A DNA stretch of 63,065 nt, filler included, from Octopus bimaculoides (GCF_001194135.2; 7 parts of 7 records of this genome joined end to end with filler, not necessarily neighbours in it), one strand, 5' to 3'. Numbered from the whole stretch's first letter, positions 13,445 through 26,186 are shown. Translations and numbers: made by a program. The notes: generated by a model not told the origin, from the letters alone.

Positions 13445-13512
13445 TAGATAGATAGATATACATATTGACATACACACTAATGCACATACACGCACACACA
13501 TGCATACACATC

Positions 13513-13546
<34 letters not shown>

Positions 13547-13849
13547 ATGTGTGTATGTGTATAAGNNNNNNNNNNNNNNNNNNNNNNNNNNNNNNNNNNN
13601 NNNNNNNNNNNNNNNNNNNNNNNNNNNNNNNNNNNNNNNNNNNNNNNNNNNNNNNNNNNNNNNNNNNNNNNNNNNNNNNNNNNNNNNNNNNNNNNNNNNN
13701 NNNNNNNNNNNNNNNNNNNNNNNNNNNNNNNNNNNNNNNNNNNNNNNNNNNNNNNNNNNNNNNNNNNNNNNNNNNNNNNNNNNNNNNNNNNNNNNNNNNN
13801 NNNNNNNNNNNCTAATAATGATGATGAAGAGAAGTTGTAATGATTTATT

Positions 13850-13995
13850 TCTCTAATCTTTGGCACAAGTCCACGTATTCTGAAGCAGAATAAGCGAATC
13901 GATGTAATCAACCATACAACTTGACTGCTACTTATTCCATGAGGCCCGAGGAGAAGAAAATTAACCCATGATGGTGTTTGAACGCAGAACGTAAA
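13850..13995 (-). mobile_element. Highly degenerate family A SINE
   Basis: TTTGGCACAAG...TCGATGTAATC...TTTGAACGCAGAACGTAA matches landmarks in other family A copies. Confidence 0.5.
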
Positions 13996-14081
13996 AAAAA
14001 AAGAGGCGTAATTAAATTTTGTAAAATATTTTTCTCCGGGCTTCGAATGATGGCGCCATCCACAATCTTAATGCTAATAGT

Positions 14082-14408
14082 GGCATTCTGTCGGATATGA
14101 CAACGTGGGTTCTAGTTGGTCCGATTGACGGAACAGCCTGCTTGTGGAATTAACGTGCTAGTGGTTGACCACTCCACAGACACGTGTACCTTTAACGTAG
14201 TTCTCCGGAAGATTCAGCTTGACACAGGATGTGACATGGTTGGTTCTTTGAGATACAGGTATAACTCATTTTTGCCAACTGAGTCGGCTGGGACAACGTG
14301 GAATAAAGTGACTTGCTTAAGGACACAACGTGCCGCCCAAGTACCGAACACACACCCTCACGATTTTGAGTCGTCGAATATCCTAACCACTTAATCCAGC
14401 ACCTTTAC
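14082..14408 (-). mobile_element. Family C SINE with target-site duplication
   Basis: Full head-to-tail similarity to 3447-3757. It is flanked by AATGCTAATAGT (14070-14081) and AATGTTAATAGT (14409-14420), 11/12. Confidence 0.85.
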
Positions 14409-14829
14409 AATGTTAATAGTGCTTTTCTAAATGACAACGCTAATAATGTTTTCTAAATGACAAATAAAATACTATTAATATGAAATAACATACTGTTGAA
14501 CTACCTTGAGCATCAACCAAAAAACAGGGACAGAAAAAGATAAGAGATATAAACCACCCTTAACCTACAAATGTTTATTACCATAACAAAAGCGTTCTTT
14601 TACCTTCTATCTTTTAATAATTGTAGTGTTGCAGTTATTAAAAGAATATTTTTGTTGAGAAAATTGAGCTTTAAAATGAATGATAGTTAGTCCTATGTAT
14701 AAAAGTGAAAATGAACGTGAAGATTTATGAATTTTGCAGCTAGGCATTTTCCTCGTCGTAAGCTTCAATTTCTATTGGCGCAGTAGCAGACAGATACTTT
14801 TTCGAACAACGAAAAAAAAAAAGAAAAAA

Positions 14830-15030
14830 AGAAACAAACAGAGAAACGTGACATGCAACATAAAGAACATTCCCCTTCATCAGCTGTTCCCTGTTTCATC
14901 TACTCCGCGTTTCGAAGGTAAGGACAAGACGCGACTTCGTTGAAACAGTCCTTCCCGCAAGACAAATTTTTAAAATTTGGGGGTTTTTTTTGCGGAGGGT
15001 GAAAGTGGTAACAAAAACAGGACAGTGAGA
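14830..15030. repeat. Unclassified interspersed repeat, possibly a Penelope-like terminal repeat (copy 1)
   Basis: Shares CATAAAGAAC...CATCTACTCC...TTCCCGCAA...TTTGCGGAGGGT.AAAGT.GGTAACAAAAACAGGACAGTG with 21810-22000. Confidence 0.6.
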
Positions 15031-15910
15031 ACAAGACAGCAAAAACAAACGGTGAGGGCTGTTAACCCAAGGCAAATCTACGACCGTCTTCAGATTTAAC
15101 CTGTCACATCTATATTTAAAAACATGTTTGTTTGAACCCCAAAACAGCACAATACTTATTATCAACTTCTGGTCTTATACACTAAAAAAAAAAAATCCTA
15201 ATTAAACCTCAGAAAACCTCCAACAAATACAAATTACCGCCTGAAAATAACCTATCATTCACATGGATTCCTAAAGAAATCTTATTTGCAACACGTGGCA
15301 TTACCTACATGCTTGACTGAACCTAAGCAATAATACACAAAGAAACTACTATTCCTCACGTTTATTCAACAATCAGTTTCTATCAAAAGAACAGTAATTT
15401 CTTTTTGTCAAAACAGTAAAATTATCTCTACAATTACTTCCTCTCTGTCTACACTCCATTAATAAATGCTTTCGTTCAGTGCATCTCCCCGGCTCGTGTT
15501 ACAAAATTACTTTTTTTCTTACAAATTCATTTACATCATGTCCAATTTTTATATACATCATTCTACACATTAAAAGAAACCCTCGCAAAAAGCCTACTAT
15601 ATATACAAGGACTGAAAGCCCAAATTAGTTACAGGCAAGTAAACCGAAACTTCGACGTCACTATTAACCCCTGTCTTGTAAAATTAAATAAATATGGTAC
15701 TCTGCTGATATGTAATTAGTGATTTTTCAGTGTAATGTTCAACTTACTTTTGAAAATAACTCAGCATAAAAGCAAACATTGGCATATTTATATATGTATT
15801 GTGTGTGTAATGGTCATCTATAACGATCAATAATCGTTGGAGTCACCAGTTTGTGACGTTCCAAATTTTAATAGTTTATAAACATCGAAGGTCACCAGTT
15901 ATAACAACCA

Positions 15911-16302
15911 TTTGTTGTTGTTGGCACTCCGTCGCTTACGACGTCGAGGGTTCCAGTTGATCCGATCAACGGAACAACCTGCTCGTGAAATTAACGCGCA
16001 AGTGGTTGAGCACACCACAGACACGTGTACCCTTAACGTAGTTCTTGGGGATATTCCGCGTGACACAGAGTGTGACAAGGCTGACCCTTTGAAATACAGG
16101 TACAACAGAAACAGGAAGTAAGAGTGAGAGAAAGTTGTGGTGGAAGAGTACAGCAGGGTTCGCCTCCATCCTCTGCCGGAGCCTCGTGGAGCTTTAGGTG
16201 TTTTCGTTCAATAAACACTCACAACGCCCGGTCTGGGAATCGAAACCGCGATCCTATGACCGCGAGTCCGCTGCCCTAACCACTGGGCCATTGCGCCTTC
16301 AC
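15911..16302 (-). mobile_element. Family D SINE, full length and young, with 11-bp TSD
   Basis: The minus-strand head GGCGCAATGGCCCAGTGGTTAGGGCAGCGGACTCGCGG...GGTTTCGATTCCC has A/B boxes and the element ends in (AAC)n. The exact TSD is TATAACAACCA at 15900-15910 and 16303-16313. Confidence 0.93.
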
Positions 16303-16627
16303 TATAACAACCACATGCCGCATATAAATACAGCGAATGAATGAGAGAAGACATTAATTGTTTGTTGCAAAGGTTATTTAGTTATATCATGATTATCGTC
16401 CTTACAATGTAGATGACAGCTTATTGCTGTAGTTGTACTAAGCCTTATTTGTTGTCTTAAAGTCCATTGTGTTAGGAGTAAATTCTTCTGTGGATGACTA
16501 ATAGAGAAAGAGAGGAAGAGTAAGGGAATCTAAGCAGACAGAAAGATCAAGAGATGTGTTGCTGCGGGATGAAGGGTCATACTTGAAGTGAGAAAGGCAA
16601 ATAATCTCTGACCAGCGGTCATGGGAC

Positions 16628-16690
<63 letters not shown>

Positions 16691-16904
16691 CCAATTTGAG
16701 GTTGTCTATTGATATCCTTCTTAACCAAATTAGGTCAGGCTACGCAAAAGATTTTTCCTAAGGTTGAGAAGTCTGTTTACTCTCAGAAATTTCCTTGCGC
16801 AACAGGCGAGAATAATAGGAAGAGGACTTATAGAAAAATGTGGACTCAGTTTCAAATCCTAGTTTAGACATTTGGTAGCCAAACGTTTTGTATACTCACA
16901 CACG

Positions 16905-16968
<64 letters not shown>

Positions 16969-17166
16969 TATATGGAGCGGCTACTTTGTGCTGACATCGG
17001 GCCGAATAACGTATCATAAGGAGGTCAAACAAAATAACGATAGTTTGAAATCGTTTAATACGTACATACACACATAGGTACGTACGTATGTATGTATGCA
17101 TGTTTGTGTATGCATATGCATGTTTGTGTATGCATATGCATGTATGTGTATACACGTATGTATGTG

Positions 17167-17214
<48 letters not shown>

Positions 17215-17241
17215 ATATGTATATACGTATATATATATTTG

Positions 17242-17284
<43 letters not shown>

Positions 17285-17631
17285 NNNNNNNNNNNNNNNN
17301 NNNNNNNNNNNNNNNNNNNNNNNNNNNNNNNNNNNNNNNNNNNNNNNNNNNNNNNNNNNNNNNNNNNNNNNNNNNNNNNNNNNNNNNNNNNNNNNNNNNN
17401 NNNNNNNNNNNNNNNNNNNNNNNNNNNNNNNNNNNNNNNNNNNNNNNNNNNNNNNNNNNNNNNNNNNNNNNNNNNNNNNNNNNNNNNNNNNNNNNNNNNN
17501 NNNNNNNNNNNNNNNNNNNNNNNNNNNNNNNNNNNNNNNNNNNNNNNNNNNNAGAGAGATAGAGAGATAGAGAGATAGATAGATATACATACATACACTT
17601 TGCACACGCTCACGCGCGCGCCACACAAGCA

Positions 17632-17689
<58 letters not shown>

Positions 17690-18876
17690 TCTATATATCT
17701 TTCATATGCTTCTAGTTTATTTGCAAGATAGGCATTCTTCAAAGCGCGCAGAACTTCAATTAATTTATGGCTTCTCTATTTTTTGGTTTAACTTTGTGCA
17801 ACCAAGTTATGTAATTAAAAAAAAATGACATCACTGCATTCTTTAGTTGAATCAGAAATAATCTATTATCCGTGGAGGAGTGAGCAATGCGGCGATACAG
17901 GAGAAAGAGTAGCATGTGAAGAACGTGGAAGGTGAAGAATTTTAGGGGAGGAATAGGGGTCGTTTGGCTTGGAAATTGTTTATGTATAGGCATGTCTGTT
18001 TGCCAAGGTCCGGTCTGCTACATTCTATATTTAGTTGCAAAACGGTTTAAACAACAGTTGGGAGAAAAGAAAATTTTATTTTTGTACACACACACACACA
18101 TGCATGTATGTATGTATGTATGTATGTATGTACGTACGTATGTATGTACGTATGTATGTATGTATGTACGTACGTATGTATGTATGTATGTATGTATGTA
18201 TGTATGTATGTACGAACGTATGTATGAATGTATGTATGTATGTATATATGTATGTACGTACGTACGTAAGTATGTATGTATGNNNNNNNNNNNNNNNNNN
18301 NNNNNNNNNNNNNNNNNNNNNNNNNNNNNNNNNNNNNNNNNNNNNNNNNNNNNNNNNNNNNNNNNNNNNNNNNNNNNNNNNNNNNNNNNNNNNNNNNNNN
18401 NNNNNNNNNNNNNNNNNNNNNNNNNNNNNNNNNNNNNNNNNNNNNNNNNNNNNNNNNNNNNNNNNNNNNNNNNNNNNNNNNNNNNNNNNNNNNNNNNNNN
18501 NNNNNNNNNNNNNNNNNNNNNNNNNNNNNNNNNNNNNNNNNNNNNNNNNNNNNNNNNNNNNNNNNNNNNNNNNNNNNNNNNNNNNNNNNNNNNNNNNNNN
18601 NNNNNNNNNNNNNNNNNNNNNNNNNNNNNNNNNNNNNNNNNNNNNNNNNNNNNNNNNNNNNNNNNNNNNNNNNNNNNNNNNNNNNNNNNNNNNNNNNNNN
18701 NNNNNNNNNNNNNNNNNNNNNNNNNNNNNNNNNNNNNNNNNNNNNNNNNNNNNNNNNNNNNNNNNNNNNNNNNNNNNNNNNNNNNNNNNNNNNNNNNNNN
18801 NNNNNNNNNNNNNNNNNNNNNNNNNNNNNNNNNNNNNNNNNNNNNNNNNNNNNNNNNNNNNNNNNNNNNNNNNNNA

Positions 18877-19130
18877 GACACGTGTACCCTTAACGTAGTT
18901 CTCGGGGATATTCAGCGTGACACAGTGTGACAAGGCTGACAAGAAGTAAGAGTGAGAGAAAGTTGTGGTGGAAGAGTACAGCAGCGTTCGCCACCATCCC
19001 CTGCTGGAGCCTCGTGGAGCTTTAGGTGTTTTCGCTCAATAAACACTCACAACGCCCGGTCTGGGAATCGAAACCACGATCCTATGACCGCGAGTCCGCT
19101 GCCCTAACCACTGGGCCATTGCGCCTCCAC
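18877..19130 (-). mobile_element. Family D SINE, second copy, with an internal deletion; 3' end in the gap
   Basis: Near-identical to 16020-16300 except that about 25 nt are missing after CAAGGCTGAC. Confidence 0.9.
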
Positions 19131-19317
19131 AACCGACGGAGTGCCGTAATGCTGTCATACAGCAGGATTACTCCTTTCACTGGACATACATATTGGTATT
19201 GTGTAAGCAGAATTAATACAAGAAATTATAAAACAAGATGGAAGGAATCGGTTTGAATGAAAATTACGATTGTTTCTGTGCATTAGCCACAGCTGTTAGT
19301 CGTGTGTTTCATACATT

Positions 19318-19715
19318 CTTTTATTCTTTTACTTGTTTCGGTCATTCAACTGCGGCCATGCTGGAGCACTGCTGTGAAGGGTTTTATTCGAACAAATCGA
19401 CCTCAGGGCTTATTTTTTTTTTTAACTCTGGTATTTATTCTATCTGTCTTTCCATTGCCGAACTGCTAGGTAACGGAGTCGTGGTAGTGGTGGTAGTAGT
19501 AACGGGGACGTAAACAAAACAATACTAGTCGTCAAGCACATACACACACACATGTACACACAGATACATACACATACGATGGACTTGTTTCTGTTTTCTT
19601 CTACCAAATCCACTTACAAAACTTTGGTCGGCCTAAGGCTATAGTAGAAGACACTTGCTCAAGGTGCAACGCAGTGGGACTGAACCCGGAATCATGTGGT
19701 TGGTAAGCAAAATTT
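19318..19715 (-). mobile_element. Family B SINE
   Basis: The tail (TTTTACTTGTTTCGGTCATT...GGCCATGCTGGAGCAC), internal CA tract, core and head all match 11271-11640. Confidence 0.85.
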
Positions 19716-19811
19716 CTTCCCACACAGACTCTCCTACGCCTAATGTAGGCGTCATCCTGGGCAGTGAATGCAAATGTGTCTGAGAGAGAGAGAAGGTGAG
19801 TGGGAGGGTAT

Positions 19812-19859
<48 letters not shown>

Positions 19860-21490
19860 GGGAGAATAAAGGAACAGAAAAAGAAAGAAAGAAAGGAAGG
19901 AAGGAAGCCTTAACAACATACATATAGGCACACATGCACTCATACATATATGTAAATATACATGCTGATACACACTCACACACACACACACACACACACA
20001 CACGAGTACATACGCACAACTATAGTTATAGAGAATGAGGGAGAACAAGGGGGAGTTTCTAGCGTTCACTCGCAAGGGATGTGTATATAATAAAGTGTAT
20101 ATAATATAATAAGTGTATATAATATAATAAAACATAATATTATCACTCTGTCTTTTGAGAAAGTGAAACAGTATAATAGTTGATATGTTTTTCCTTTTAT
20201 TTAATCATTGTTTAACTTTCCTACCACAAACATGTTGCTTTGAGTTCTAGCTAAAGATCAATAACTACACAAATAATAAATATATACATTTACTTTAGTT
20301 ATTGATTACGCATTACGTTTCTTTCGTTAGTGTACAACAGAACCATTATTTCAATATATTTTAATATCTACTGCTCCATAAAAAAAAAATACAAAGAATA
20401 AGCCGGAACCTTCTACCAACGAAGATAATTTCATTGTAAACATTCTATGTGAACACTTTTATATATAGAAATATGTGTTGATAGGTAAAAGAATGTACAC
20501 ATTTATCGTTAATCTATGATTTGAATAAAGGGCATATTTAATCATTCTTGTACACAAATGATGAGTTCATAAATATGCTTTGTATTTATGACTATATTTG
20601 CATTTTAAAAATAATTGAGTCAGCGCGCGCTAAAAGTGAAAAACAAGGTCTGTCTGTGAATGAGAGAGTGAGGGAGAAAAAGAGAGAAAGAAGAAGAGAC
20701 AGGGCGCGTAAGTGAGGATCTGACTCGATTAGTGAAGTCAGCGGCATAAAATATTTGACTATTTTATAGGTGTGAGCATTATAAACTGTAGGCTAACTAC
20801 ATTAAATTTATCTAAAACAACCCATCTGTGCATTAAATGTTTATTAAGAATTTAATAACGCCATTAGGCAGAATAATCTTCCCATTTTCGTTAGCGTCTT
20901 GTTTGTATTTGATTTAAATAGCGATTACTATTCAAGGGGGGGGATGCTTATTCTCAAATGAGTAGACAATCAACCATAAATCAACTAAGGATAATTTTGG
21001 TGGGGGTTCTATGAGCGGGGACACAGACAAAATGTATTTACATTAGATCACATTCTAGGTTGTAGGCACTGTTATAAACTATATGGTAATTACATTAAAT
21101 TAACCATGCATACATACATACATATAAGTAAAAAAAAAAGGAACAAAAACGAAACGGACGACGATAAAAACATACGGACAGATGGACGATACAAAGACGG
21201 ACAGGAAACCCAGGACAGAACATTCGTGGCTTTCTATTCATCAGTCAAACTTCCAATTATCACTACAGTTTCGGCCACGTGAGAGGAACAGAACATACAC
21301 GCAAATATACACGCGAACACACACAAACACACACACACACACGCACGCACCCACACACACACAACCATAGTCAGAGAGAACGAGGGAGAGCAAGGGGGAG
21401 TTTCTAGCGTTCAGTCGCAAGGCGAGTATATAGGTATTTAATAAAAAATGATATTATTTATCTATCTACATATATACATACACACAAGCT

Positions 21491-21542
<52 letters not shown>

Positions 21543-21669
21543 NNNNNNNNNNNNNNNNNNNNNNNNNNNNNNNNNNNNNNNNNNNNTTAATTAATTAANN
21601 NNNNNNNNNNNNNNNNNNNNNNNNNNNNNNNNNNNNNNNNNNTATATATATATATATATATATATGCAT

Positions 21670-21704
<35 letters not shown>

Positions 21705-21809
21705 CATATATACATATATGGTAAAGGACGTCACAAACCGTACACAACATGAAATACGATAATAAATGAAAAGATATGCAAACAACGAGAGGAACAAATG
21801 AAAAACAAG

Positions 21810-22000
21810 ACAAGTAACATAAAGAACGATCCTTCAACAGTTGTCGGCTGTCCATCTACTCCTCATTTCGAGCATTGAACGACAATATGAGTCTTCGAAG
21901 GCAGTTGTTCCCGCAAAAACCAAAATAAAATTTGGGATTTGCGGAGGGTCAAAGTTGGTAACAAAAACAGGACAGTGGAGACCTACGAGGAAACCTAACG
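21810..22000. repeat. Unclassified interspersed repeat, possibly a Penelope-like terminal repeat (copy 2)
   Basis: Colinear, diverged match to 14830-15030. Confidence 0.6.
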
Positions 22001-22084
22001 AAGACAGAGATGCAGGGTTGTTAGACCAGACGAAGTTAAAATAGCGAACGCTGGAGAAATATTTTCTTTGACAAGAGAAAAGAT

Positions 22085-22132
<48 letters not shown>

Positions 22133-22189
22133 TAGAGAGAGATAGGATATATATATATATATAAGCCTGTCGTGTGTGTGTGTGTGTAT

Positions 22190-22410
22190 GCAAGTATTTG
22201 TGTCTGTGTTTGTCCCCCACCATCGCTTGACACCGATATTGGTGTGTTTACGTCCCCGTAACTTAGCGGTTCGGCAAAACAGACCGATAGAATATGTACT
22301 AGGCTTACAAAGTACAAGTCCTGAGTTTGATTTGTTCGACTACAGGCGGTGCTCCAGCATGGCCGCAGTCAAATGACTGAAACAAGTAAAAGAATAACAG
22401 AATAAAAGAA
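22190..22410 (+). mobile_element. 3' half of a family B SINE
   Basis: CATCGCTTGACACCGAT...CGTCCCCGTAACTTAGCGGTTCGGC...GGCGGTGCTCCAGCATGGCCGCAGTCAAATGACTGAAACAAGTAAAAG. Confidence 0.9.
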
Positions 22411-22432
22411 TATATACATACACACAGATATA

Positions 22433-22515
22433 CAAAGATGGAGTCTTGTATCTTTGATGGAAACCGGCTCCCTCCTCAGTGGAAGATTTACAATAATTTT
22501 AAAAAATAGAAGAGA
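22433..22515 (+). mobile_element. Isolated 3' UTR end of the RLE retrotransposon found at 22668-23097
   Basis: CAAAGATG...CTTGTATCTTTG.TGGAAACCGGCT.CCTCCTCAGTGGAAGATT...TAGAAGAGA matches 23017-23096 and is likewise followed by (CATA)n. Confidence 0.85.
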
Positions 22516-22667
22516 CATACATACATACATACATACATGCGTACATACATGCATAAATACATACACACGTACATAAATTGGGGATTTATACATACATACA
22601 TACCTACAATAAATATATACATACATAAATAAGGGATGCATACATACATACATACATACATACATGC

Positions 22668-23097
22668 AATAAGCAGAGTCAGAGAGGCAAAGGTGTGTAC
22701 CATCATGCAGGTCAGCTGCCCTGCAGATATAAATGTCTCTTTAAAAACAAAGAAAAAGAGGATATCTATGGACAACTGCCGAAAACTCCAACTTCTATAT
22801 CCAGACTATGAATTCATATTCATACCAATAATAATTGGAGCATTAGGTTTTGTTAGTAAAGGTTTAAAGGAGAATCTGGATAAACTGGGATTTTCAGAAA
22901 GAGAAAATGACCGGCTGATTCGTACATTACAAATGCAATCTGTGAGTGGAACAATAAAAATATACAAGACTTTTCTCAAGTTCCAAATATGAATCTCTCT
23001 GTGTTAACTACATCCCAAAGATGTAACCTTGTATCTTTGTTGGAAACCGGCTGCCTCCTCAGTGGAAGATTGATAATAATTAAAAAGTAGAAGAGAT
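22668..23097 (+). mobile_element. 5'-truncated non-LTR retrotransposon: C-terminal restriction-like endonuclease (R4/Dong-like) plus 3' UTR
   Basis: ORF 22636-22992 reads KVCTIMQVSCPADINVSLKTKKK...LQLLYPDYEFIFIPIIIGALGFVSKGLKENLDKLGF...SGTIKIYKTFLKF. This resembles the (D/E)VxCP...K...IPIxIGALG pattern of RLE-clade C-termini. The exact clade is recalled, not searched. Confidence 0.78.
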
Positions 23098-24300
23098 TAC
23101 ATACATACATACACACACACAAATACACGCACATACATACATACATACATACATACGTACATACATACAAACATACATACATACATGGCTGTAACTAGAT
23201 TTTGACCAATGCCATCGTTTGATTGTTATTTTTAACATGAGTCGGATGCTCGCTGCTTTTCATTCCTATTAAGGGCCAACCCTCTTTCACATAGATGTTG
23301 CAATTATGGGTGCCACTTGCAGTAGGTATTAAGACAGCTTACACATGCCTTCATCCATCATGAAGTTTTTCATCGTGTACATAAATTTTCAGTGATAAAT
23401 GACGCAGTGTTTAATTAAACGTCTATACATACTTTGTAAATGGATCAAATGGTAAATTCATTGACGCCACGCATGCAGCCCAGAGTAGCGAATCTTTCAC
23501 CGTCACATATTTTCTTGATCATCTTTACCTTTTCCTGAAAAGAACACTCATCTGCCTCGCTTATTAGGACCAGGTAGGTGCCGTTGTATTTTTCTATTCA
23601 TTGGTCCATGTCAATAGGTAGGAATACGTAAATCTGTATTAAAAAATATGCAGCTTCATAGTACGGTTATGCAAGCACAATCGAAATTCAGTGAATTCTG
23701 GATAGCTGAGGATTGTGGGTGGTTGTCGGAGCGCCTTTTTGTGGTATAACTAGAATCTTCAACTGATTACCGACCCGTGTCATCACAGATCAATCTGTGA
23801 TAAGCGTAACATGGTCCACAATTGAGTGTACCATGTTATCCCGGATCAGTGATGAATGAATCAGAGATAAACAAAGATATATGTACATGTGAACGTTTGT
23901 GCGGATATGTGTGTGTCTGTAATTGTGCGTATGTGTCTGCAATTGTGTGTGTGTGTGTCTGCAATTGTGTGTGTGTGTGTGTGTGTGTGTGCGGGCGCGT
24001 GTGGCTTATGTATAAAAAACGAGTTCAAATATAGACGCCATATATGGTTTATGTATTCGTTTTACGCTGACCTTGTTTTGTTCCTTTGCTGTCTCGCCAG
24101 TTTATAATAACATCGTCTGCTCTAGAACAGCCCAACAATGTGTACTCGATGGTAACATAGTTGCTCAAATGTAAAACTATTCAATACTTGGTTATAAAAG
24201 AAATACGTGTGCATGTATGCATATGTATATGTATGTTTACGGATATATGTGTGTGTGTGTGCGTGCGTGCGCACGCGCGTGAATGTGCCGCTTTTTCCAC

Positions 24301-24361
<61 letters not shown>

Positions 24362-25559
24362 NNNNNNNNNNNNNNNNNNNNNNNNNNNNNNNNNNNNNNN
24401 NNNNNNNNNNNNNNNNNNNNNNNNNNNNNNNNNNNNNNNNNNNNNNNNNNNNNNNNNNNNNNNNNNNNNNNNNNNNNNNNNNNNNNNNNNNNNNNNNNNN
24501 NNNNNNNNNNNNNNNNNNNNNNNNNNNNNNNNNNNNNNNNNNNNNNNNNNNNNNNNNNNNNNNNNNNNNNNNNNNNNNNNNNNNNNNNNNNNNNNNNNNN
24601 NNNNNNNNNNNNNNNNNNNNNNNNNNNNNNNNNNNNNNNNNNNNNNNNNNNNNNNNNNNNNNNNNNNNNNNNNNNNNNNNNNNNNNNNNNNNNNNNNNNN
24701 NNNNNNNNNNNNNNNNNNNNNNNNNNNNNACTGTTCATTTGTCGTTGTTGTCATAGTTTAACGAATGAGACAAAAAAAAAGAAAAGGTTTATGTAGAACT
24801 GTTAAGCGTAGCACAACCCATACAACGATCACCATCACAATCATCACCATCACAATCATCACCATCTGCTCCATAAATACATCCCCGCTGCTGTCACCAC
24901 CAACGTGGCTGCCCCGCCTCATTCAATCCGCTCCATTGTTATCACAAGAACTACCTCCAACGGTATCACCACCTTTGCCACTATTATCACAGTCATCACC
25001 CCAACCAGCACCAACCGCAACATCCCATCACTACACCCCACCCCCACCACTACCACCGCTACTACATCGCCATCACCACCAAGACGACTACCCTCTTCTA
25101 TTCCCACCTTCCACCACCGTCTACGTCTACCTTGTCGTACTCCCTTCCTAAACCGCTATTACCTACTACCTTCATAATGAGAGCCAAACGAATGAATCTC
25201 TGTGGTTCCTCGCCCTGTAGGAAATAGTTCGCTCATCTCCTTAAAGAGCATTTTGGAAATGCAAAAAACGAGAAAAAGCGTTCGATAACGCAGTCTTGAG
25301 TTTCTTACATATGGGAGAAAGATTGATGGTCATGTTAGGAATGTCCTGCACAAATCCCCATAGCAGGGGCTTTTTGTGACATTTACATACATATACGCGC
25401 GCGCAGGTGCACACACATGCACGCATGCATTCTCTCACATACACGCAAACTCACATACACACAGATATTAAAGTTATATAAATAACAAGGAAATAGGAAT
25501 TACGTAATCAAGTCCATTAGCTTGCAGCTGTTTCTGCTATAAAATACAGTGCATTTAGA

Positions 25560-25640
25560 AGCTCTGAAGAAGTTACAAAGTTATGCTCATGTACTCAGCT
25601 CTGAGTGAACTACATATCATAGCAGAAACAGCTGTAAGCT
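25560..25640 (+). ncRNA. Degenerate type I hammerhead-ribozyme-like motif (Penelope-like terminal repeat remnant)
   Basis: AGCT-CTGAAGA-A-(extended stem II)-GAAAC-AGCT-GTA-AGCT gives a 4-bp helix I, a palindromic helix III and a GUA triplet. The base of stem II is imperfect. Confidence 0.5.
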
Positions 25641-26103
25641 AATGAAGTTGATTTATCTTGTTTCAGTTCTCTTGTCATTCGTTTTATTTCATATTGCACT
25701 CTGTACTCGCCAAATACTTTATTCTGCAGCATATGAATATTGAGATCTAACACTGCGAGTTATTAGGATCGCTATGCCCAAGCGAAATGTAAATATTCAT
25801 GTGTGTGTGTGTGTGTGTGTGTACATACATACATAGATGCATGCATACTTATGCACACACACACACACACACACACACATACATATGTAGGTAGGCATAA
25901 ATAGTTTAGTTAATTAATGATTAATGGTTTATACAGAACTAGAGCTATTACATTCCTGATGGGGTTTCATCAGTTAGTTCCTCTACTACACGCATTGAGT
26001 ACTTTAACTTCAGTTCCTTCCATTTCTAACGGAATCTTCAATCATAATTCTACACACACACACATGTGCACATAAAAATAAACTTTCCCGCTTTGTACGT
26101 TTT

Positions 26104-26186
<83 letters not shown>

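Noticed and set aside
14875-14955. Minus-strand GAAAC...GTA followed by CTGATGAAGG, suggesting a type II hammerhead (similar at 21835-21910)
   Set aside because: Helix I cannot form between the GTA site and CTGATGA, and no CUGANGA lies upstream for a type I fold.
16235-16300. tRNA-like sequences here and at 19060-19125 and 32386-32460
   Set aside because: They lack a complete acceptor stem or cloverleaf and continue into SINE bodies, so they are SINE heads and not tRNA genes.
23433-23534. 102-nt minus-strand segment with good acceptor (TTCTTTTCAG) and donor (GTATGT)
   Set aside because: All three frames contain stops and the translation is unrecognisable; it is not supportable as a coding exon.
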